Origin: an uncultured archaeon
GTDB taxonomy: Archaea; Altiarchaeota; Altiarchaeia; IMC4; SCGC-AAA252-I15
NCBI GenBank assembly: GCA_902384455.1
Contig: CABMCB010000101.1
Span: 1 to 12,719 of the forward strand
Direction: 5' to 3'
DNA: 12,719 nt
A model generated the notes under the pieces. The model was not told the DNA's origin. It searched no databases and was given only the letters and a program-made list of their open reading frames with translations. The translations under genes and the position numbers were made by a program. Below, piece after piece: positions 6,696 through 12,719 of this stretch (the first letter of the stretch is position 1; every line of letters starts with the position of its first letter).

Positions 6696-8588
6696 CTAAG
6701 GTTTAGCGGAAGATTCTTCCCTTACGATGGCATAGTCCCTTCCGGCAGAGTAGCTATAAAAACGTATTGAGCCGTCAGAATTTATCTGCATGCCGTTCAT
6801 TTCAAGGTAGGTGGGTGAGTTAGTTCCTCGGTGATAATCAAAAAAATACGAAGGCCCGTTGAAGACCGCGTGAAGTGTTGTTCCTGTTTTTGGTTGGCCT
6901 CTAAACAACGTAGCTTTCTCGCGGCACATAAGCGCCAAACCTTCGTTTTCAACGTTGGTTTTTTCGGGGGAATACGTATAAACTGGCCCCGTTGGATCAC
7001 CATCTAAACCGGCGTTAACGCGATAAACACCAGGACTACCGGACAACATCACGGAAAAGTTACGTTCCCCCCCGTCATACTCCACGAAAGTACCGTCACT
7101 AAAATTCAAACTTTGACTCCATTGAACCCTACGTATGCCCAAGTCGCTTAGAACCTGAACATTCTGACCTGGAACAAACGTGTTCACGTCAACAGACGCA
7201 AAAGCCTCATCCGCCATCCTCTTCAAAGACAACAAACCATCATAAACACTGGCAGGAAGACTATAAGTGACCTCACTCCCAACCTCACTCCTTTTGGGAA
7301 CCACACCAACAAAAGGACTAGATGCCTCAACCAAAGGAGCCAACTTAACATGAGGCCTATGGTCTACTGTCTGCGGAAGGTTTAACCGTAGTTTTTCGAA
7401 TGCGTCCGCCGCCACCCCATTTTGAGTTAGGAAATCGGGCGTTAAGGGGGTGGGCACTTGGGAGATGTAAGTCCCGTCAGGACGCCATTTTTTCCTTTCG
7501 CCCCCAAAAACCTCAGGATTGTAGCTGTAGCCGTGAAGATTAACTCCGTCACTAAAAAACACTGCCGTAGGGTCGGGTTCACTACTACTCCAGTTCGGCC
7601 AGTGATACATCCGCCAGTTTGCCATACCCACGTCATAGTCACACAGCAAATCAGGACGCTCACTCCAACCGTGAGTGAGAAACACTCCAAGAATCTCGCC
7701 AACTTCAACATCCACTTTCCTGCGGCCTAAGCTTAGCCCTAAGAATTTTCGGGGTTGTAGTCTTGTTTCTGTGGGCGTTTGCGGGTCTATGTAACGGAAG
7801 CTGTTTGGAACTAATTCACATCCTGCCACCATAAGTCCTGTTGCTGTGTAGGAGCCGTCTCTGTTTTCTACGCCTCTTACGTCAGCCATAAACATCGTCC
7901 ATTCTTGACCCAAGAATTCGTGTCCGTGCGCTACCGCGGTGAGGGCCGTCATCTGCTGGTATATGCTGTTTGATATGTGGAAGTTTCTTTGGGTTCCGTT
8001 TGGGGCAAAAACCGGTATTGTCATGCATAATCTGTCTGCGTAATCGACGCCGAACTGCTTCCGGTATTCTGAATCTACGCGGCTCAGGTATTCATTGAGC
8101 GTCCTGGCGTTTCCGTAAAGTATTTCATTTTCCTCTTGTGGTTTGGCGCCTTCAGGAACATGAAGTAATGCCCCTCTTAGAGGGAATAATGCTGCTTCGT
8201 CAAGAAGATTAGGCACCCCGCCTGAAGCACTTAGAGGCACCGTATGCCGTTCAGTTAGCGAATCCCCTATTATCCTACTTAGTGCGCCTGCTTCCGGCCC
8301 GGCGATTTGGAAGTCGGAGATAAGCAGCGTGAGCGCTGAATTTACTGCGCGCTGCTGCATAGGCGGAAGATTAGACGCAGGCATAGGCGCAGACTCAGGA
8401 TGCGCCAGACGCTCCAACTCAGCCTGCAAAACACGAGCTTGACCATGAGTAAGATTGAAATCGTCAAGAAGTTGAACCGCAGACCCAACCTTCCTCTGCT
8501 GCATAGGCAAAAGCCCGACGCCCGCCTGCTGAAGAGCAACATCAAGCTCCTGCCGCACAGGAAGCCGAAAGACTTCTTGCTGAACCAT
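6696..8588 (-). CDS. Array paralog B: conserved leader + degenerate JAB/MPN-like domain + YSLPA domain
   Basis: 630-aa ORF with leader MVQQEVFRLP. GEILGVFLTHGWSERPDLLCDYD aligns with the JAMM motif region of paralog C. Confidence 0.85.
   Translation of the reverse strand: MVQQEVFRLPVRQELDVALQQAGVGLLPMQQRKVGSAVQLLDDFNLTHGQARVLQAELERLAHPESAPMPASNLPPMQQRAVNSALTLLISDFQIAGPEAGALSRIIGDSLTERHTVPLSASGGVPNLLDEAALFPLRGALLHVPEGAKPQEENEILYGNARTLNEYLSRVDSEYRKQFGVDYADRLCMTIPVFAPNGTQRNFHISNSIYQQMTALTAVAHGHEFLGQEWTMFMADVRGVENRDGSYTATGLMVAGCELVPNSFRYIDPQTPTETRLQPRKFLGLSLGRRKVDVEVGEILGVFLTHGWSERPDLLCDYDVGMANWRMYHWPNWSSSEPDPTAVFFSDGVNLHGYSYNPEVFGGERKKWRPDGTYISQVPTPLTPDFLTQNGVAADAFEKLRLNLPQTVDHRPHVKLAPLVEASSPFVGVVPKRSEVGSEVTYSLPASVYDGLLSLKRMADEAFASVDVNTFVPGQNVQVLSDLGIRRVQWSQSLNFSDGTFVEYDGGERNFSVMLSGSPGVYRVNAGLDGDPTGPVYTYSPEKTNVENEGLALMCREKATLFRGQPKTGTTLHAVFNGPSYFFDYHRGTNSPTYLEMNGMQINSDGSIRFYSYSAGRDYAIVREESSAKP
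8268..8588 (-). repeat. Dispersed ~320-bp leader repeat, copy B
   Basis: 8322-8360 is identical to 11169-11207 (39 bp), and 8450-8486 is identical to 6545-6581 (37 bp). Confidence 0.9.
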
Positions 8589-8606
8589 TTTAAACGGGAA
8601 CTAATG

Positions 8607-11435
8607 TTAAGAGACAGTTATTTCAGCTGCGAACGGCCTCAGTTGGTTTACTGGGCCTGTTGCGTTTCCTTCTGTGACGGCATATGTTTCCGCGAATCTT
8701 TCGAATCTGTTGATGTCGTAAGGGTAGACTACTGGTTGGCGTCCTTCGCGGGTTTGTATCATTGTGAAGAATGGTAGTTCTGCTTGAGCGGGGAGTTGTT
8801 CGCCTCTCATCCTGAAGAGTTCGTTAACAGCCACAAGGTCTTGGTTGCTTAGTACACCCCATTGTTCGTCGTTTGCTGGGTGGGGGTGGTACGTGCCCAA
8901 GTAAACTTCGCCTTCAGCTAATCCGAAGCCTTGAGCCATCTGGAACCTAACCCTGTTTTCCTCAGCCCACACTCTTGCAGGCACCGCAACGTCTGTGACG
9001 CGGAATCCTGCTTCAGTTTGCTGCCCGACCAGTCCCACGAATAATTCTGCGACGTCGGGTGCTACCGCATTCGCCGCCGCAAGAGCGTTTATAGCATCAA
9101 TCTGAGCTTTGACCGAATTAGTAAATTCAACCGGATGTCGAGGCCTGATTGGCGGAGTTATTCCCTGCTGTCCGGGGTGATACACTTCAAAAGTCAATGC
9201 CGTATTATCCGCGATTTCAGGGTTTTGCGTCCGGTAATTGACGGCTACTTCAGCGAGGTACTGCCTAATTAACCGGGTGTTTTGCTCCCCGTGTTCTTCC
9301 CCGCCTAGTATCTGGGGAATATTGATTTCGCCGTGGCGGCCAACATAAACTGGAGCTGGACCAGGAGGAGCAAGATGGGGAGCGGGACCAGGAGGAGCAA
9401 GATGGGGAGCGGGACCAGGCGGTTGTGTTGTTGGCTCCTGCCTTATGATGTCGTACCATTTTCTTTCTTCTGTGTTGTAGTATCTGATTGAGTCGTCTCT
9501 TTTAACGGATAATGTATTGTTTATGGAAAGTTCTCTAAAAGCTTGACTGTATTCTATTGGTATGGAGTCCACATCGAGTCTCGCTCGTACAGAACCGTCA
9601 TCTATTCTTCCTTCATTGAATCCTGCGACTGCCGCACGGACCCGGCGAACAACGTCTTCGTCTTCAACGTCGGCTCTATTGCCGTCGGTATATGCGTATA
9701 CAGGCCCGTTTGCTGAGCCGTTTGAGTCGACGGAAATGTAGCGAGGAGGCGAGTCTCTGCCGTCTAATTGGACGTTAAAATAGTTAGAGTGGGTGCCACG
9801 CATATAGCTCACAATTGTCCCGTCACTTAAGACTCTGCGTTGATTGAAGGACGCATCAAACGGCACGTCGGATTGTATTGGAACCTCCAAGTTTGGGTTG
9901 AGCATTTCAGGGGTTATTTCGGCAAACGCCTGCGTGAACCCCCCTCTTAAAGCCGCCAATGCATCGTACGTTTCAGCTGGAAGGCTGTATGTTACGGTTT
10001 CGCCGGACTCATGCCTTTCGGGGGCGACACCCACCAAGGGCTTAGCCGCCTCAACTAGGGGAGCCAAAACGACTTGATGCTTCTCGCCTGCAGTTAGGGG
10101 CACTATTGAATTTAATTCTACGGTAGGAGGTTGCTGAACTGTGCCGGGACCTGGAGGAGCTGGAGGTTGCTGCGCGACTACAGGGGGTAATGGAGTAATT
10201 CTGAATGCGTCTAAAGCACCTTCTTCTAGGGGCGCAAAGACGCCTGCTCTTTTTGGGTCTACTGCGGTGTACGCTGCGTTGAATGCTTCTGCGTTGTACC
10301 CGAAAAAGTGAGGTTGCTCTCCGTCGTGGAACGCGGTAACCCACGGGATTCCCGCCGCAGCATTCTCTGACGCCGCCTCCTGCCTTGCGCGCCTTCTAAC
10401 GCGAGGACTCCAAAAAGGAATTCCTTTAGCAGCAGCATCAACAGCATTTGCCTGCGCAGTTTCCTCACAGGCACTGCGCCTCCATGTGGTAACGCGCATG
10501 TCCCAGTCGTGGGGGCTTGAAGGAGAATCACTCCAAGAGTGAGTAAGGAAAGACCCCACCGCAAAATCGCCATCAGCAACAGTCGGGGGATAAGACTGGA
10601 AATCAAAAAAGCTAAGGTTATAATTGTTTCGCTTGTATCCCAATCCGGGAACATTAAGCCAACTCACTTTGAATGAGCCGTCCTCTTCAGGAACTCCGAT
10701 TAACTCGGCCGCAACAACAAGGTTTGGGTTAGGGCCGCCCTCGCCTGTCAACGCCTGCAGCGCGCGCATTTGCTGGACTGCGCTGTTTGTCAAATTAACG
10801 TTTACTGGTTGGCCGTTGGGGGCTGTGACTGGAAGCGTCATGGCTATTGCGTCTGCGCCTTCATCTCCTAATTGCGCTCTTGTGGCTGCGGCTACCGCAT
10901 CAAGGTACTTGTCTACTGCTTGACCGTTGTTTATGCGCCTCTGCTGGTTTATTGCCTCAATTCTTTTCTTTTGCTTGGCGTTGGTGTCAACAGGCTCGTA
11001 TTCAACCAGTTCCAAACGTGGCGTTTCTACTTGGCTTAAGTCTATTTGCGGGATTCCGCCGGCAATATGCGGGAGGTGTGCAGGTGGAGTCTGCTCTGTT
11101 CTCGCTGCCGCATTGAGTATGTGACTTAGTGCGCCTGCTTCTTGGCCGGCGATTTGGAAGTCGTCGCGAAGCAGCGTGAGCGCTGAATTTACTGCGCGCT
11201 GCTGCATGGGCGGAAGATTCGACAGAGGCATGGGCGCAGATTCGGGGTGAGCTAGTCGTTCGACTTCGGCGCTAAGATGCTGTGCTTGCTGCGGGTTAAA
11301 GTTGAATCCGCCAAGAAGCTGGACGGCAGATCCTATTTTCCTCTGCTGCATAGGTGATAGTTCTACGCCTGCTGCTTGGAGGGTCTCGCCTATTTCAGCT
11401 TGTTGGGGTAACCGGACTACTTCATGTTGAACCAT
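8607..11435 (-). CDS. Array paralog C: conserved leader + degenerate MPN-like domain + YSLPA domain + C-terminal JAMM/MPN+ metallo-isopeptidase-like domain
   Basis: 942-aa ORF. The C-terminal AELFVGLVG...FRVTDV...LGTYHPHPANDEQWGVLSNQD carries E...HxH...SxxD, and an internal copy reads VGSFLTHSWSDSPSSPHDWD. Confidence 0.85.
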   Translation of the reverse strand: MVQHEVVRLPQQAEIGETLQAAGVELSPMQQRKIGSAVQLLGGFNFNPQQAQHLSAEVERLAHPESAPMPLSNLPPMQQRAVNSALTLLRDDFQIAGQEAGALSHILNAAARTEQTPPAHLPHIAGGIPQIDLSQVETPRLELVEYEPVDTNAKQKKRIEAINQQRRINNGQAVDKYLDAVAAATRAQLGDEGADAIAMTLPVTAPNGQPVNVNLTNSAVQQMRALQALTGEGGPNPNLVVAAELIGVPEEDGSFKVSWLNVPGLGYKRNNYNLSFFDFQSYPPTVADGDFAVGSFLTHSWSDSPSSPHDWDMRVTTWRRSACEETAQANAVDAAAKGIPFWSPRVRRRARQEAASENAAAGIPWVTAFHDGEQPHFFGYNAEAFNAAYTAVDPKRAGVFAPLEEGALDAFRITPLPPVVAQQPPAPPGPGTVQQPPTVELNSIVPLTAGEKHQVVLAPLVEAAKPLVGVAPERHESGETVTYSLPAETYDALAALRGGFTQAFAEITPEMLNPNLEVPIQSDVPFDASFNQRRVLSDGTIVSYMRGTHSNYFNVQLDGRDSPPRYISVDSNGSANGPVYAYTDGNRADVEDEDVVRRVRAAVAGFNEGRIDDGSVRARLDVDSIPIEYSQAFRELSINNTLSVKRDDSIRYYNTEERKWYDIIRQEPTTQPPGPAPHLAPPGPAPHLAPPGPAPVYVGRHGEINIPQILGGEEHGEQNTRLIRQYLAEVAVNYRTQNPEIADNTALTFEVYHPGQQGITPPIRPRHPVEFTNSVKAQIDAINALAAANAVAPDVAELFVGLVGQQTEAGFRVTDVAVPARVWAEENRVRFQMAQGFGLAEGEVYLGTYHPHPANDEQWGVLSNQDLVAVNELFRMRGEQLPAQAELPFFTMIQTREGRQPVVYPYDINRFERFAETYAVTEGNATGPVNQLRPFAAEITVS
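9358..9419. repeat. 27-bp coding tandem repeat (about 2.3 copies; PPGPAPHLA)
   Basis: GGACCAGGAGGAGCAAGATGGGGAGCG occurs at 9358 and 9385, with a partial copy at 9412. Confidence 0.9.
11115..11435 (-). repeat. Dispersed ~320-bp leader repeat, copy C
   Basis: The protein alignment with copies A and B is gap-free over 107 aa. Confidence 0.9.
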
Positions 11436-11437
11436 TT

Positions 11438-12718
11438 TTATATAGCATATTGGTCGTCTACTGCTGATTTAGTTCCCGCCCAATTTGTCGGGTCTATTTT
11501 CTCCAGCATTTCTGCGACTGCAACAGCTTCGATGCGGCGCGGACCGGGGTATCCTTGAGCTTCAATTTCGGTTATACGATGCCCCAACACTCCAAGTAAA
11601 TTACCTCTTAGTCCAGGGTCAACTCCCAGTGACGGGATAGGAATATCCTTCAGTCCTTCATCAAATGTGCCCCACCGCGCAACAAGCTCGTTTATTAACG
11701 CATCCGTGTCTCCCGGCGTCCTTGCCGTGTTCGCCAGTATTCCTGCCACGTCAACCGGACCAGGAGGAGCTTGGACTGGAGCGGCACCTTGTGTGGGAGC
11801 GGGTATTCGCGTAATTAAAGCATCTATTGCTTCGGGTGTTGAAGCATCTTCGCCCGCCTCACCAAGGCGCGCTACAGCAAATCTTTGAGTGCGGTCCTGC
11901 CTTAGAACCTCAACCCAATCCTGCACTGCACCATCGCGGTTTCCGCGCAAATTACGGACTACACCGCGAATATTATGGTTATAGATTAAACTAGCTCCAA
12001 AATCTATTTCCTCATCAAGACGACCTTCTACGCCAACTAAAAAGGCGTCTGCCGCTGCTGCCGCATCGCCTCCAGCTTTTCGCATAAGGACTATTGTGGG
12101 GTCTCTTCCCGTATTGTGGAGTACCCGCTCAACTTGATTGAGGGGTAGGCCGTTCATCAAACCGATCATCTGTGTTACGTCGTCTGGGTTCGTGAAGTCC
12201 ATGAAGTATCCGAGGTTGCTTACCATGACGCCGCTTTGCGGATTTAAGCGGACTGCTGTTCCGTAGCAGTCTCTCTTGGTTAATGCTTCTTGGCCTGCGG
12301 GGGCGTTGGTTAGGTATACTCCGCGAACGTTCCAAGCTTCTGCGTTTTCTGGCGAGACTACTGTTGCTGCGCGCGCGAGCATCCACCTGCGAGTTCTCTC
12401 TTCTTCTACTGTTATTCCGTGGGTTTGGGCGGCAGTTGCTTCATCTCCGAGTGATAGCTGCACTAAATGAGCGGTCAGGGTACTGAGTTGGTCTCCTTGT
12501 AGGTTGCCTCCGCCAGCTACGGCTCTTATTTCGTCTTCAGTTGCGGAAGCGAACCTAACTGCAATATCGTAGATAGTCTGCGAAGACTGCGCATTTGCTT
12601 CCCCGGCTCCGAGTATTCCCTGTACATCGCCTAACAGGCCTGCAATTCTCTGCGCGTCAACCTGAACCGGAGGAGCACCAGGAGGCTGCTGAACCGGAGG
12701 AGCACCAGGAGGCTGCTG
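11438..12718 (-). CDS. TPR-repeat-containing protein, 5' end outside the window
   Basis: The frame stays open upstream of the track's GTG (12463) to the window edge (QQPPGAPPVQQPPGAPPVQVDAQRIAGLL...). TPR-like motifs: SPENAEAWNVRG, YGTAVRLNPQSGVMVSNLG, YNHNIRGVVRNLRGNRDGAVQDWVEVLRQD. Confidence 0.75.
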   Translation of the reverse strand, partial: QQPPGAPPVQQPPGAPPVQVDAQRIAGLLGDVQGILGAGEANAQSSQTIYDIAVRFASATEDEIRAVAGGGNLQGDQLSTLTAHLVQLSLGDEATAAQTHGITVEEERTRRWMLARAATVVSPENAEAWNVRGVYLTNAPAGQEALTKRDCYGTAVRLNPQSGVMVSNLGYFMDFTNPDDVTQMIGLMNGLPLNQVERVLHNTGRDPTIVLMRKAGGDAAAAADAFLVGVEGRLDEEIDFGASLIYNHNIRGVVRNLRGNRDGAVQDWVEVLRQDRTQRFAVARLGEAGEDASTPEAIDALITRIPAPTQGAAPVQAPPGPVDVAGILANTARTPGDTDALINELVARWGTFDEGLKDIPIPSLGVDPGLRGNLLGVLGHRITEIEAQGYPGPRRIEAVAVAEMLEKIDPTNWAGTKSAVDDQYAI

Positions 12719-12719
12719 A
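12662..12719. repeat. 27-bp coding tandem repeat (at least 2 copies; QQPPGAPPV), truncated by the window edge
   Basis: CTGAACCGGAGGAGCACCAGGAGGCTG occurs at 12662 and 12689, and a third unit starts at 12716. Confidence 0.9.

Noticed and set aside
6363-11435. Leader repeats as template/variable repeats of a diversity-generating retroelement
   Set aside because: Mismatches are not adenine-specific, the repeats are at 5' ends within intact ORFs and no reverse transcriptase is in the window.
6696-11435. CBASS/Bil-type or proteasome-lid operon
   Set aside because: No CD-NTase, E1, E2, ubiquitin-like, PCI or AAA-ATPase gene is recognisable in the window. This cannot be excluded beyond the right edge.
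4037-12486. Numerous short ORFs overlapping the large minus-strand genes
   Set aside because: They are alternate-frame or antisense ORFs within long genes supported by paralogy. No small immunity-like gene fits in the 2-23 bp gaps, which also argues against a classical toxin-immunity array.
9358-12719. 27-bp repeats as a CRISPR array
   Set aside because: They are head-to-tail with no spacers, in-frame coding, and there are no cas genes.
3458-12719. Provirus or integrated mobile element
   Set aside because: No integrase, transposase, tRNA/att site or virion genes are visible.

Overview
Archaeal chromosomal window. Signs of this are archaeal-type Cmk, L34e, a DUF106/EMC3 protein, a class III signal peptide pilin, a histone-fold gene and GGTGA Shine-Dalgarno sites. 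A DPANN/Altiarchaeota-like lineage is plausible but is inference only. The left third holds a fragment of the conserved ribosomal cluster (DUF106-rpl34e-cmk). It is followed on the same strand by a type IV pilin-like gene and a VirB6/TrbL-like polytopic membrane gene (<1..888) that the ORF track missed. A divergent gene encodes a coiled-coil histone-fold protein. The right two thirds (3520..>12719, minus strand) are a tightly packed operon of at least five large hypothetical proteins. Three share a ~107-aa internally duplicated N-terminal leader and a ~220-aa 'YSLPA..YD' domain, with exchangeable modules joined by Pro-rich linkers. The modules are one apparently intact JAMM/MPN+ metallo-isopeptidase domain, two degenerate MPN-like domains and one unrelated helical module. 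A TPR protein lies upstream and a Pro-rich, possibly membrane-anchored protein downstream. This looks like an undescribed polymorphic, effector-like JAB/MPN paralog array; its function and any export route are inference.
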